Both the position numbers and the translations under genes were made by a program. A stretch of 64,000 nt of DNA, taken from a virus. Under the pieces are notes generated by a model, which was given only the letters and a program-made list of their open reading frames with translations, had not been told where the DNA came from and made no database searches. The DNA lies in IMG/VR virus record IMGVR_UViG_3300044695_007092, positions 11,321 through 75,320 of that record; one strand, 5' to 3'. Each line of letters begins with the position of its first letter. Position 1 is the stretch's first letter. Of the stretch, positions 1-10,203 are shown one piece after another.

Positions 1-2
1 CA

Positions 3-752
3 GAACTGGCGAAGCAATTCGCCGCAAGGACGGGTCTTCCATTACTGAAAATGGATTGTGCCAATGTGACCGAGGCGTCGCAATGGTTCGGTCGATTAGA
101 CATGAAGAACTCTTCGTTGGAGTATCTCGAAGCCCCATTCTCTAGAGTCGTAGCAAGGGGTAACCATGTTATCCTCTTGGACGAGATAAACCGCGCCTCT
201 CCCGAGGTGCTAAATGTTCTTCTTCCGCTTCTTGACACCACTAGAAGCTCATTTGTTCAGGAGCGAAAGCCAAGTCCAATTCTCCGCGATGGGGGCGGCC
301 TTATCTGGTTCGCAACTATGAACGAAGGCTCCCAGTATACTGGGACCATGAGGTTAGACCGTGCTCTTCGTGGCAGGTTCTCTAATGTAGTGGAATTGAC
401 TTATCTGTCAAAGCCAGACGAGGTAAACCTACTTGTTCAGAGAACTGGAATAGATGTAGAGAATGCAACCAAGCTTGTAGAAATTGCGGACACTATCCGC
501 CTAAAAGCTAAGGGCATTAATAGTATCTACACTCACGTTCTCTCTACTCGAGAGTTGCTTAATGCAGCTAAGAAGTTCGTAATGGGCGGAATCAAGACTC
601 TAAGGTTCACTGTGTTGAATCACTTCGACGGAAGCAACGGTGCAGACTCCGAACGAGGTCATGTGTTAAAAATGCTTGAAGGTAAGCTGGGTAATATTGA
701 CGGAAAGGCTGAGAAGCCAAAGTCCGCTAGCGATATGATCGCTGGCTCCTAG
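3..752 (+). CDS. MoxR/CbbQ-NorQ-type AAA+ ATPase (5' truncated by window edge)
   Basis: Frame is open from position 3 (ELAKQFAARTG, typical of the segment after Walker A). Walker B ILLDEINRA, FATMN sensor, LDRALRGRF arginine finger and LSTRELL C-terminal motif are present. Confidence 0.85.
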   Translation, partial: ELAKQFAARTGLPLLKMDCANVTEASQWFGRLDMKNSSLEYLEAPFSRVVARGNHVILLDEINRASPEVLNVLLPLLDTTRSSFVQERKPSPILRDGGGLIWFATMNEGSQYTGTMRLDRALRGRFSNVVELTYLSKPDEVNLLVQRTGIDVENATKLVEIADTIRLKAKGINSIYTHVLSTRELLNAAKKFVMGGIKTLRFTVLNHFDGSNGADSERGHVLKMLEGKLGNIDGKAEKPKSASDMIAGS

Positions 753-765
753 TTTAATGTTCTTT

Positions 766-797
766 GGCGGCAGGGGTAGCTCTGCCGCCTACTTTTT
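766..797 (+). terminator. Intrinsic terminator-like hairpin
   Basis: GGCGGCAGGG/CTCTGCCGCC stem followed by TACTTTTT. Confidence 0.55.
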
Positions 798-808
798 AAG
801 GGGCTAAG

Positions 809-2869
809 ATGTCATCAGAGTCATCAGGATTTAATAGATGGTTTTCAAAACCAATATACGAAGTCGAGAATAATAAGACGTACTGGAACTCCTGGTCTAA
901 ATGGAGTTACCTAGACGATGGTATGGATGATTGGGGAATTGTAGATAAAGAAGGCGATAAGATAAAAGACAAGAACTCAGATAAGAGATTATGCGAAGAG
1001 GCTCTAAGGGCTATCAGCAGATCGGCAAACGTTATCCTTAACTCCACAGAGTCACAGGAAAAGCGTCTTACTATTAAGTTCTCTGACGGTAGTGACGTCA
1101 ATACGCCAGACTCTACAAATATATATTTATCTCCTGATAAGTTGGTATCCTGCAGTACTAGAGAAGAAAAAGATGAGGTAATAGACAGTATGTCAGGGCA
1201 GTCAATGCTTACAGCTCAGCTAAAGAGGCAGATTCCTGTTGACGTGTATGATCTGTTCTCTGCGTCTGAAGACCGAGAGATTAGGGCTCTATGGAGCGCC
1301 ATCGAGACTGCCATAGCCAGAGGAGATATTATTTCTGACTGGTCAGGCTTCAAACCTTACTTTGACATTTATGCAAAGTTCTCTTCTAAGGTTACAAGCA
1401 CTGTCATAAAAAGGCAGCTAAGTAAGCATAACGGATCCAGCCCAGAAAAACCTACTAGCGCCTCCGCTCTAGTTATGGGTCTCGCGTGGAATCTGTATCA
1501 TTCCCATGATCCAGTTAAAATTCCAGAAGTATACAAAGATGGAAAGATGCTTATAGCAAACGCTCTAAAAGATGCAGATACTTGCGAAAAGCGCTGGAAT
1601 ATGTGTTCAGAGGTAGTAACGGCGCTTAGATCAATGTACGATGCGCCCACTCCTCCAGAAGCTTCTACTCCACCGCCTCCAGGTAATCCTTACGGCGGAG
1701 ATCTCGAAGAGATAGATACAACAGAGCTAATTGCCGGGCTTCAAGATATAGAAGACCAAGCAAACCCTGCTGCCCCTAAAAAGGTAGTAAGAAAAAAAGG
1801 CTTTGATAAGTTCACAGGAGTGGACGAAGCTTTATTCGGTGTCGGTGCCGTAGATAATAAAAAATGTAAGGCTGCTGCCGATATCGAAGGTATCAGCGGC
1901 GACTCTACTACTGAGCTTAGTGACTCCGTAAGCGCACCAATGGTCCCTGGCGGTTCTGCTAGAACTACAGGAAGATCCGTAAGTAGAGGTGTGGCTTGCT
2001 GGGTAGATAAAGACTTACCTAGTAAGATGACAAAAGCTCATTACACAAAAGACAAGATCAGTGAACTTGATAAAATAGCCGAAGCTATTAAAGACAGCTT
2101 TGGGTTTACTGATAAGGTTGCTAAAAGAAAATTATACGGGCTTAAAGCAGGAAATCTTAGAATTGAATCGCTATACAAGCTAGAGATGGGGTCAGACGAC
2201 GTCTTCTTTAAGAAGACTGAAGTAGACGTCGACAAGGTTTCCGTGTGCCTACTTATAGATCAGTCAGGCAGCATGAGCTGCGCTAGCGAATCAGGCGTAG
2301 AGAGAGTTATAGAAGCATCCGAAGTAGCGTACGTCCTAGCTAAGCTATGCAGGGATATTAAACATATTGACCTTTCAGTAATAGGTTTCTCTGCGCAGGA
2401 GAGTTGTAAGGAAGCACGTGAGAAACTTAAAGGAGAGGATATTAACTCCGAAGTTAATATGCGTCTGATCTATGACTCCATGGACGGTGCTCACAATAAA
2501 ATAGAGGATATTTGCAATATCCGGTCTCACGCAAATAATCTTGACGGCTTTAGTCTATGGTTTGCAGCCAAACATATGGCGGAGACTAGAGCTGAGAGAA
2601 AGAGAAAGGTCTTGATCGTTGTTTCTGACGGATCCCCTAATGGTAGAGGATACGGCGGAGAAGAGGCAACCAAACATGTAGCTACATGCAGAAAGGATGC
2701 TAAATTTAGATTTGGAATTGATACCTTCGCTATAGGCATATCAAGTGCCTACTCACAGCGAGAGGGAGATGACATGTACGGCACCGGCAACAACATCGTT
2801 ATTAGCGATGTAAAATCCAGTGTCGGTTATCTCTCTCGATTCTTAAATCAGGTATCACAGATAGCCTAA
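809..2869 (+). CDS. vWA (MIDAS) domain protein, CobT/NorD-like partner of the AAA+ ATPase
   Basis: LLIDQSGSM (DxSxS) and IVVSDGSP motifs in the C-terminal third; adjacent to a MoxR-type ATPase. Confidence 0.85.
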   Translation: MSSESSGFNRWFSKPIYEVENNKTYWNSWSKWSYLDDGMDDWGIVDKEGDKIKDKNSDKRLCEEALRAISRSANVILNSTESQEKRLTIKFSDGSDVNTPDSTNIYLSPDKLVSCSTREEKDEVIDSMSGQSMLTAQLKRQIPVDVYDLFSASEDREIRALWSAIETAIARGDIISDWSGFKPYFDIYAKFSSKVTSTVIKRQLSKHNGSSPEKPTSASALVMGLAWNLYHSHDPVKIPEVYKDGKMLIANALKDADTCEKRWNMCSEVVTALRSMYDAPTPPEASTPPPPGNPYGGDLEEIDTTELIAGLQDIEDQANPAAPKKVVRKKGFDKFTGVDEALFGVGAVDNKKCKAAADIEGISGDSTTELSDSVSAPMVPGGSARTTGRSVSRGVACWVDKDLPSKMTKAHYTKDKISELDKIAEAIKDSFGFTDKVAKRKLYGLKAGNLRIESLYKLEMGSDDVFFKKTEVDVDKVSVCLLIDQSGSMSCASESGVERVIEASEVAYVLAKLCRDIKHIDLSVIGFSAQESCKEAREKLKGEDINSEVNMRLIYDSMDGAHNKIEDICNIRSHANNLDGFSLWFAAKHMAETRAERKRKVLIVVSDGSPNGRGYGGEEATKHVATCRKDAKFRFGIDTFAIGISSAYSQREGDDMYGTGNNIVISDVKSSVGYLSRFLNQVSQIA

Positions 2870-3984
2870 AGGTAGTCTTCGACCTTAATAGCGTTGTAAG
2901 ACGCTTGCTTGTAGGCGGTCTTTACACCAAGGCTGTCTACAAGTGTGTCGAAAAGATTAGCATCGCCTCTTGGCAAGGTTGCTAGTTCTTCAGCTAGCTT
3001 CTCTGCGTCTACAAATAAGCCGCCGCTGGAAACTCGGTCTGCGAAATCATTTCCAAACAAGTCTTTGATTTCGTCAAGTTTGATGCTTTCCAGCTCGGCC
3101 TTTTTATATACAGAACCACTAGTAAGTTGTACGTGGTCGTTAATTATATCACTGGCTTCTTTGACTGTAATCGTGTAAAGGTCGTTTACAGACCCAAGCG
3201 ATTTAAACTTATATTGAGCGTCTACGGCGCTTATAATAGATGCAGCCTTATCAACTGTATCTGTTGAATTGCTACTAAGTACACGTTGTGCTGTCTTTAC
3301 AAGCATAGACTGGATATCAGGATCTTTTTTCAAGGTCTTAAGGGCTTTAGCCCTATCAAAAAGCATGTTTGCAACTTTAGTTCTAGAGACCATACCGTTT
3401 GCGGCATACTTCGTAATTTCAGTCTCATTAGAAAGAGCTACTCCAAACTCTGCTGCCTTATCTATGATCTTGTTTGCAATAGTCTTTCGGTCGGTAAAAT
3501 TAAGATCATTAGCGTATTTGTTCATCCAGTCTGCAGCCGCCTTTACTTCCATGGCGTTGCGAATAGGATAGGTTCTAGTCTTATGTCCTGTTTCAAACTT
3601 TACTACGATAGCGAAGTCATCATCGCTAAGGTCTTCTTCTGAATGCTTTTGCATAGAGGCGTGTTTTTCTACAAGCTGTTCTAGCTCTGGCCTGACTCCA
3701 AAGAAGTCTCCGGCCTTTAGGATTCTGTCCTTAATTACAGAAGCGACCTTGCCAAACTCATTTGCTTGGTCTAAAAAGTAAGCCATAGACATATAAGTTG
3801 AGGATGGGGTATGGCATGGAAACTTCAAAGTTCTTGGGTCAGCATAGGCTGATGATGGTAACGAGGACTCCGAGCCTACTAAATCTTCATGTGAAGCAGA
3901 CTTTACGAATTCTGGGATATCGTAGAGTTTTGTAAAACTGTGTAGTTTAACCCCAGCTTTGTCATTAACCTGGTCAATAATCAT
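2866..3984 (-). CDS. Hypothetical protein rich in K-x-A motifs, possibly head-associated
   Basis: Long ORF; GGAG RBS before ATG at 3984; 15 K-x-A tripeptides. Confidence 0.6.
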   Translation of the reverse strand: MIIDQVNDKAGVKLHSFTKLYDIPEFVKSASHEDLVGSESSLPSSAYADPRTLKFPCHTPSSTYMSMAYFLDQANEFGKVASVIKDRILKAGDFFGVRPELEQLVEKHASMQKHSEEDLSDDDFAIVVKFETGHKTRTYPIRNAMEVKAAADWMNKYANDLNFTDRKTIANKIIDKAAEFGVALSNETEITKYAANGMVSRTKVANMLFDRAKALKTLKKDPDIQSMLVKTAQRVLSSNSTDTVDKAASIISAVDAQYKFKSLGSVNDLYTITVKEASDIINDHVQLTSGSVYKKAELESIKLDEIKDLFGNDFADRVSSGGLFVDAEKLAEELATLPRGDANLFDTLVDSLGVKTAYKQASYNAIKVEDYL

Positions 3985-6466
3985 GTCATCTACTCCAATA
4001 ATGGTGCTTAACAGCAAGGTTCAATGGAACACGGTACTTGATCTGGCTAATGTCACGCCTGATTCAAACTTCCTTCCATGCAATTGCACGTGCCCTAATT
4101 GTAGCAATAATCTTACCATATATAAAGACATTACATCAACATCGACACAGTGGTTTTACTGTAAATCGTGTGAGCTGACCGGTGACACCATAGAACTACT
4201 GGCAGCATATATGAAATTAGGGCTTATGGATACGATTAATTTCCTGGTTTCCAGGGAAATTATAAGTAATGACCATGAAGATTACCCAAAATGGGTAGCC
4301 CACTACCTGTATAGACAGGTGGGGTATAGGAATAAGGTATTATCGTTTTGGAGAAAAATAAAGGGCTGCGAGGAGCGGATAGTAAAAGAACACATGGATA
4401 TACTTTCTATTCTAAATATAAACGGTGGGCATGCCGACATAGAACCTGTTAGAAACATCTTTGGGTTTAGCAATAAGTTAGAAGTCCTAAAAAACTTAAT
4501 AGTAGGTAATTCTACTGCCAGCGTAGACGGTGGGTCTAATAGGGTATTTGTAGGCAAAGCTTGGAAAAATGTTTGTTTGATTCCATCGTTCGACATGCCA
4601 GGTAGAATAAAGTCATTTCTAATCTTTGGTAATATAGAGGCCGGAAGCGTATCGGTCATAATAAGACACATAGCCTATAAGACTTGGAACCAGTTTGATA
4701 AAGAGCCTGGGCTTCTGTTCTTGGAAGAAGCAGTTAAATACGACGATAGGTCAAAGATAGTAGTAACTGACACAGTTCAGGGGCTCAATATCATAGTAGA
4801 CTATCTAGACAAGTACAAAAAGTTTCCACCTATATTAGTAACCACACCAGACAAAGATAAAATAACTAAAGCGTGGAAGACTATTGTAGAAGAAGGTAAA
4901 GACGTAATAGTTTCAGGCCAAAGAGCTGTTGAAATTGTGTCTTTAGGCTCAGATGCTTATATAAGCGAATTTTCTGATGTGTGGGATAGCCCGTGGGTAG
5001 GTTCAAGTAAATGGATACTAAAAACTATAGAGAACAAGAAAAAACAAACGTTAGTGGAGACGTCTCCAAAATTGGATACAAGAAAGCGAGTTATATTTGA
5101 TAAAAGAGTTTACGAGGAAAAGAAAGAAGGCACAACTAAAAACGACTCTATAGTCATGGATGCTATTCTTAAAATAGATGAAATATCATTAGAGCGCTCA
5201 ATTAGATATTACACAGGGACACTAACAGCTGCCTCCAGTGGTATTTCTGTTAAGTTTAAAGAGAAGGCAAGAAAGCTTGACCGTAGGTTTTGTACTTGGC
5301 TTGGAGAGATAAGTACAGAAAAAAATATGGGGCATATAATGTGCAAGCAAGGCTTTTCTCAAGTAGCTGTAAAAGTAGCTGTATTACTTAATCCTCCCAA
5401 GTCCGTAGTTTATAATAATCCGATCGAAAATCCAGACTATCCATTATATAAGTTTTCAAAATATAAAATAACAAAGAATGGAGAAGTAATAAATGTTGTA
5501 AATCCTGTTAAAGGAAGAGATGGAGAACTGTGCAGCGATGAGAGGATTGACATATTTGAAAAGGATGTACTAGGCGACGAAAACAATGGATTTGCGTGGG
5601 CAGTTATAGTTAGCTGCATTTCTAATCTTATGTCAAAGGTAACAAATAAGCCTAGGGTAGGCGTAGGTGTAGAGCCTGAATACTTTGATGATGCTAGAAA
5701 AGTAGCACTTCTGCTAGGCTCGTACGAGATTAGGTTTGGATCAGGTAATATTAAAATGCCTGTTATAAGCAAAGTAATAGAGAACGAGTCCAGACTAAAC
5801 CTCCCAGTCTTGTTGATTCCGTGCAGGCATTACGCTTCAATACATAAGTACGAGATAGAGCAAGCTCCTGGTAATAGGAACTGCATAATAAAAATGAATG
5901 AGATGTCACTGTACGGAGCCCGAACAATAACAAGATGGGCTTATATAAGGGGCAATACGGCTCACGTATTAACTAACTTACTTGAGTCTGCTTGTAAGAA
6001 AATAAGCATAAATTTTCTTACATGGTTAATAAAGTCTAATTACAAGCCTGAAGGCGCTGATAGTATAAAAAAGGCTATAGATGCGCTGTCAGAGTGGTGT
6101 AGGCAAAGTGGAATAACGCTAGATGGCCTACATAAAGGAATTAACCTTATAGACCATGACCTTGATAAGACAGATGACAGGTCTAAGGCTGACGCATTTA
6201 AAACACTTATGGGTAGGTTTATGAATATGGACGGGTTTGTAAGTAATGGAAAAAACGCATGTAAAAAAGAGGTAACCTGGATAGCGTGTAGAGACTTCTA
6301 CAATATGTGTAAAAAAGGTCTAATACCTATTACCGACAGGGGTACATTAGCCAAAGCGCTGTTAGATACAAAAACAATTAAAAGCTATGAGATATATAAA
6401 GCAAACGGAAAACCAAGCTGGATGATAGCTAATTCCGAACTAGAGGCTTGGGAAAACAAAATATAA
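3983..6466 (+). CDS. Large protein with an N-terminal primase-like zinc-binding domain
   Basis: CPNC...WFYCKSCELTGDTIELLA resembles the DnaG CHC2 zinc finger; a downstream segment is weakly TOPRIM-like but lacks the acidic motifs. Start may be 3983 or 4001. Confidence 0.5.
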   Translation: MSSTPIMVLNSKVQWNTVLDLANVTPDSNFLPCNCTCPNCSNNLTIYKDITSTSTQWFYCKSCELTGDTIELLAAYMKLGLMDTINFLVSREIISNDHEDYPKWVAHYLYRQVGYRNKVLSFWRKIKGCEERIVKEHMDILSILNINGGHADIEPVRNIFGFSNKLEVLKNLIVGNSTASVDGGSNRVFVGKAWKNVCLIPSFDMPGRIKSFLIFGNIEAGSVSVIIRHIAYKTWNQFDKEPGLLFLEEAVKYDDRSKIVVTDTVQGLNIIVDYLDKYKKFPPILVTTPDKDKITKAWKTIVEEGKDVIVSGQRAVEIVSLGSDAYISEFSDVWDSPWVGSSKWILKTIENKKKQTLVETSPKLDTRKRVIFDKRVYEEKKEGTTKNDSIVMDAILKIDEISLERSIRYYTGTLTAASSGISVKFKEKARKLDRRFCTWLGEISTEKNMGHIMCKQGFSQVAVKVAVLLNPPKSVVYNNPIENPDYPLYKFSKYKITKNGEVINVVNPVKGRDGELCSDERIDIFEKDVLGDENNGFAWAVIVSCISNLMSKVTNKPRVGVGVEPEYFDDARKVALLLGSYEIRFGSGNIKMPVISKVIENESRLNLPVLLIPCRHYASIHKYEIEQAPGNRNCIIKMNEMSLYGARTITRWAYIRGNTAHVLTNLLESACKKISINFLTWLIKSNYKPEGADSIKKAIDALSEWCRQSGITLDGLHKGINLIDHDLDKTDDRSKADAFKTLMGRFMNMDGFVSNGKNACKKEVTWIACRDFYNMCKKGLIPITDRGTLAKALLDTKTIKSYEIYKANGKPSWMIANSELEAWENKI

Positions 6467-8269
6467 CTAAGCGTTCCAGCCTTCTAAACCAGCCTCCTGG
6501 GCTTGCTCTCTTGTAATAGAGTACCGCTCAGTTTTAAACTCAGGCCATGCACCTGTCATGTGCCACAGGCAAAGTGCTCCGATATTTACGGACTGGGCAA
6601 AGTCGTCAGAAAGAGCTGGGTTTCTTTGTATAGTGTAAATGTCTGAGCCTGAGGCTGTTGTTGCCTTATTTTCTACTAAGGCTAAAAAATCTTGGATAAG
6701 GCCTGGATCCTCTGAGCTAACGTAGTCGTAGGCAAAGAATCTTATCTTTTTAGTTCTAATCGCCATGCATGTGGATAAAAGACTTCTGGTCTTATCTGCT
6801 CTGTAGTGCGCCCTTGGATTAGTAGGCGAAGCAGGAACATAAGTGAACATAGCCTTACTGGCTGCCCTTACGTACTGCACTGGTAATAGGTATTTTAATG
6901 ATACGCCGGATTGAACAAGGACAGTTTCCCTTATTGATCCTGCTCCGGAGTAGTCATGAGTTATAAACTCACACTTGTACATTCTGTAGATCTTAAGGCA
7001 TTCTGCGGCCTCGGCCATATGGTCATGCGGAGTTAGAAGTCTCTTAGACCACACCACCTCGATATTACCTGTAGCGGTAATACCCATAACTGCTAGAACA
7101 GTTAGGCTTACGCCTTTTTCTCCGCCACCACCCCAGTCCACTGCCAGTACCCTATGGGTGTACCTTCTGAGTATTTCGTCTGTACAATTTTTAGACGGAT
7201 TACGGGGGTCGTTCTTAAGATCAGGATTAGAGGCGGCCTGAAGCTCTAGAAGAGATACAAGCTGAAGACCGCTACCTGAACTTTCTCCTAATACTTCATT
7301 GAGAAACCTTTCATGTGTATAATTACCCATTCCTTCCTTCTTTGCATTCAGCTCTGCCCACTTATCTCTGCGGGCATAATGAATATGCATAATTGGTTGA
7401 GGTATATGATAACCGGCATAGTTAAATCTTCTTTCAGGATGCTTATGTATCCATCTTCCATTTGACGGATGTATTACTCTATCACACTTTGCGCATACTG
7501 TTCCTGGATTATTTTCTGTAATGTCGTCTCTTATCGGCCCTATCATTCTAATTAAATCATGAGATACACAGGAGATGTTCATGTAGTTGCAGGCTTCGCA
7601 AGTAATGGCCCACTCTGCCTGTGAAGAAGACAACCACTCACGCTCAATAGTATTATCAAGAGTTTTTGGAGTACCTGCTATCTTCATGGTGCCCCACTCA
7701 CTGGCGGACATTGTCTCACGAATAACCGGAATGTGATCACCATCCATATCCTGTACTTCGTCTATAACAACTTGATCCGCCCGTATACCACGAACCCTGT
7801 CAGCGTCCAATAGGGCAAAAGAAAACTGCATCATGCTGTTGTTTCGAAAGCTTCGCTGCAAAACGCTGTTTTCTGTCTCGGGTCCGATCAATAAGGATTT
7901 GATTGGGGACTGCTCTATGAAAGGTCTTATGTAGTTGCTAGATAAACGCCTAACCTGTTCAAAGAGAGGAGTTATGTACAGGTTGCGAAAATAAGGTATC
8001 GTAGCACAGGTGATAACACCGTGCGCCGATATAACAGTGCTTTTTCCTACTTGACGCCCAGTCTTAAGGACTGTCCTTCTGGGCATGTGTATATTAAATA
8101 GAGGTTCAAACTGATAATGCTTTGCAAGCCCATAAGGCTTGCCATCGAGGTTAAGGATAGTTGGCAGGAGTGGAGAAAGGTTAGGCAACTTACCTTTCTT
8201 AAGTTTTAGAATAACCTCAGAAACAAGTTCCTGGTCTTTAGCATCAGTTTGAATATTATTGGAGTTCAT
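6467..8269 (-). CDS. Terminase large subunit (GpA-like)
   Basis: KTGRQVGKST Walker A, RVRGIRAD/VVIDEVQD Walker B, AGTPK coupling motif, CxxC...CxxC insert, AVDWGGG nuclease motif. Confidence 0.9.
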   Translation of the reverse strand: MNSNNIQTDAKDQELVSEVILKLKKGKLPNLSPLLPTILNLDGKPYGLAKHYQFEPLFNIHMPRRTVLKTGRQVGKSTVISAHGVITCATIPYFRNLYITPLFEQVRRLSSNYIRPFIEQSPIKSLLIGPETENSVLQRSFRNNSMMQFSFALLDADRVRGIRADQVVIDEVQDMDGDHIPVIRETMSASEWGTMKIAGTPKTLDNTIEREWLSSSQAEWAITCEACNYMNISCVSHDLIRMIGPIRDDITENNPGTVCAKCDRVIHPSNGRWIHKHPERRFNYAGYHIPQPIMHIHYARRDKWAELNAKKEGMGNYTHERFLNEVLGESSGSGLQLVSLLELQAASNPDLKNDPRNPSKNCTDEILRRYTHRVLAVDWGGGGEKGVSLTVLAVMGITATGNIEVVWSKRLLTPHDHMAEAAECLKIYRMYKCEFITHDYSGAGSIRETVLVQSGVSLKYLLPVQYVRAASKAMFTYVPASPTNPRAHYRADKTRSLLSTCMAIRTKKIRFFAYDYVSSEDPGLIQDFLALVENKATTASGSDIYTIQRNPALSDDFAQSVNIGALCLWHMTGAWPEFKTERYSITREQAQEAGLEGWNA

Positions 8270-8466
8270 AAAATGTATAAGATTACCGAACGTGTAGAAG
8301 AAGAGTATGGTCCAGCTGATTATGGTAAAATAGCAAACGTTCTTGAACCATTTGGCATAATTTCCACTATGTCGATTGTATTCATTATTATATACGTGTC
8401 CTTCTTTTGATAAGATGAGACTGGTATATAAAGTAATGTTATAGCCTAATCAGGAGGATTAATACA

Positions 8467-8676
8467 ATGCCAAGCCGCTCATCTAGAAGGTTTTTAGAAA
8501 GATCAGGGTTAATAGTTACACAAAGGCTCCCTCAATCAAGGGTTGCGATCGGTAACTTAAATTCCCTAAAGTATCCTTTAAGCCCCCCATACCCTTCAGA
8601 CCACAATCGACCTAATGAAGGCGATCCTCCACCTGATAGGGGCGTATCTAGAGAGTGGCCGTACGGAGACGCATAA
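8467..8676 (+). CDS. Hypothetical protein
   Basis: Strong AGGAGG RBS; stop overlaps the next start (TAATG). Confidence 0.55.
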   Translation: MPSRSSRRFLERSGLIVTQRLPQSRVAIGNLNSLKYPLSPPYPSDHNRPNEGDPPPDRGVSREWPYGDA

Positions 8677-8966
8677 TGAGCTATGGAAGTTACTCAGCAG
8701 AGGATGATAAAAGAACAATAGCTTTTTGGATACTAGGAGGCGGGCTTCTTGCCTCTATAGTTCTATTATCGCCTTTTTTCTTTATCTTCGCTCTGGCGGT
8801 TACTTGTGCAATAACTAGAGGACTTGAAAATATAGATGCTAAAAGGCCTGTTTACATGCCAGGTAAGCACTATAGACATTTTCAAGATTCTGTAGAAAGA
8901 GCAGTATCCAGTAAACCTTATAGTAAAATCTATAGGCGAAGGATAAAAAAGAGCCGTTACTATTAA
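8676..8966 (+). CDS. Hypothetical membrane protein
   Basis: Long hydrophobic stretch IAFWILGGGLLASIVLLSPFFFIFALAV; followed by a terminator. Confidence 0.6.
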   Translation: MSYGSYSAEDDKRTIAFWILGGGLLASIVLLSPFFFIFALAVTCAITRGLENIDAKRPVYMPGKHYRHFQDSVERAVSSKPYSKIYRRRIKKSRYY

Positions 8967-8976
8967 TAAATAGAAT

Positions 8977-9011
8977 AGGGCCTTGTCGCTCGTCGCGGCA
9001 AGGCCTTTTTG
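8977..9011 (+). terminator. Intrinsic terminator
   Basis: GGCCTTGTCGC/GCGGCAAGGCC stem plus T-tract. Confidence 0.7.
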
Positions 9012-9032
9012 TACCTGAGCAAAGGAGTTCTC

Positions 9033-9356
9033 ATGATCGATGTTTTAATTGCAACTTTCTTGGCTGCTGTGGCAACTAAAGCGGCCTTGGATGCCTGGTT
9101 TGAAGGAAACGTGTTTGCACTAGCTAGAGCCTATGCAGAAGCATGGAAGTCTTCTGACAGAAAGGTTGTAAGCTTATTTGGAGAGTTGTTATCCTGCCGG
9201 TTCTGTTTAGGGTATCACGCTTCATTTGTATTCTCGATTATATGTTGCCTACTATTAAATAATTGGCTATTTGTACTTCTGGTTGCTTTTGCAGCCCGAG
9301 GAATGGAATACGAGATGGAAAGATACTTAAGGAGCAAATATGATCCCAAAGAGTGA
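9033..9356 (+). CDS. DUF1360-like membrane protein
   Basis: GELLSCRFCLGYH motif between hydrophobic helices; AAGGAG RBS. Confidence 0.6.
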   Translation: MIDVLIATFLAAVATKAALDAWFEGNVFALARAYAEAWKSSDRKVVSLFGELLSCRFCLGYHASFVFSIICCLLLNNWLFVLLVAFAARGMEYEMERYLRSKYDPKE

Positions 9357-9729
9357 CGATATCAAACCAAGACATATGGAAGTTACAGATGCCTTAAGGG
9401 ATGCTGTTAACAACCTATTAGAGGGGGTCCCCGAGCTTAGATCGGTAGGGATAATACTGGACTGGAACATAGGGAAGAGCGAATTCCCGTTTGGAATGAT
9501 GATAGGAAGAGAAGGCATGGTAAGGTCGGCAGATGAGCTGTTCTCTATTATGGAGCAGACTGCAAAACTTAGCGGCTTTCAGGCTAAGTCTATAGTAGAA
9601 ACACTAGTAAGTATAGACGGTAAGGCTACTGAACTTACTAAGAAGGTAAAAGAAATGAAAGAGCAGATGAAAGAGTTAGAGTCTAAAAAGGATCAAATTA
9701 TCAATGAAAGGAATTCAGATGAAAAATAA
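9340..9729 (+). CDS. Hypothetical protein with C-terminal coiled coil
   Basis: AGGAG RBS; K/E-rich heptad tail. Confidence 0.6.
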   Translation: MIPKSDDIKPRHMEVTDALRDAVNNLLEGVPELRSVGIILDWNIGKSEFPFGMMIGREGMVRSADELFSIMEQTAKLSGFQAKSIVETLVSIDGKATELTKKVKEMKEQMKELESKKDQIINERNSDEK

Positions 9730-9937
9730 AAGGCAAGTGAAAGCAGAAAAGGTTATAATGATTTGTAGCCGAAGGATGATATCCAAGGTGTTGGGTATTG
9801 ATCCTAAACAGATCAAGGATAATGTACTTTTTAACGACGAAGGGGCTTGTGCGATGATACGGGAGTTGTATCAGATTAACCAAAAGCAACCTGACAGGTT
9901 GACCAGGGCGTACGACTTGGCAGACCTAGTCCGGTAA
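9719..9937 (+). CDS. Hypothetical protein
   Basis: Overlapping operon position. Confidence 0.45.
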   Translation: MKNKRQVKAEKVIMICSRRMISKVLGIDPKQIKDNVLFNDEGACAMIRELYQINQKQPDRLTRAYDLADLVR

Positions 9938-9948
9938 GGAAGGAGGTC

Positions 9949-10101
9949 TTGAAAAAGGCTAAAGTTACTAAGCTCGAGCTTTTGAAGTTTAATAAGTACC
10001 TTGTTAAGTTATCATGTGGTCATTTTTTCATAAATGACACAACGGTAACAAAGATAAAAGATATGGCGCAGTTTGTAACCTGCACCAAGTGTAAAGAGTA
10101 A
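9949..10101 (+). CDS. Small zinc-ribbon protein (50 aa, below ORF-track cutoff)
   Basis: AGGAGG then TTG start; LSCGH...CTKC. Confidence 0.55.
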   Translation: MKKAKVTKLELLKFNKYLVKLSCGHFFINDTTVTKIKDMAQFVTCTKCKE

Positions 10102-10147
10102 TACAGTAAGGATACTAGCTGTTATGCAGCTAGAGATGGCAGGTAGG

Positions 10148-10179
10148 GCCGCTACTCTCGTTGAGTAGCGGCTTTTTTT
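10148..10179 (+). terminator. Intrinsic terminator
   Basis: GCCGCTACTC/GAGTAGCGGC perfect stem plus T7. Confidence 0.85.
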
Positions 10180-10203
10180 GTTATAGTGCTAGGAGATTTA
10201 ACT

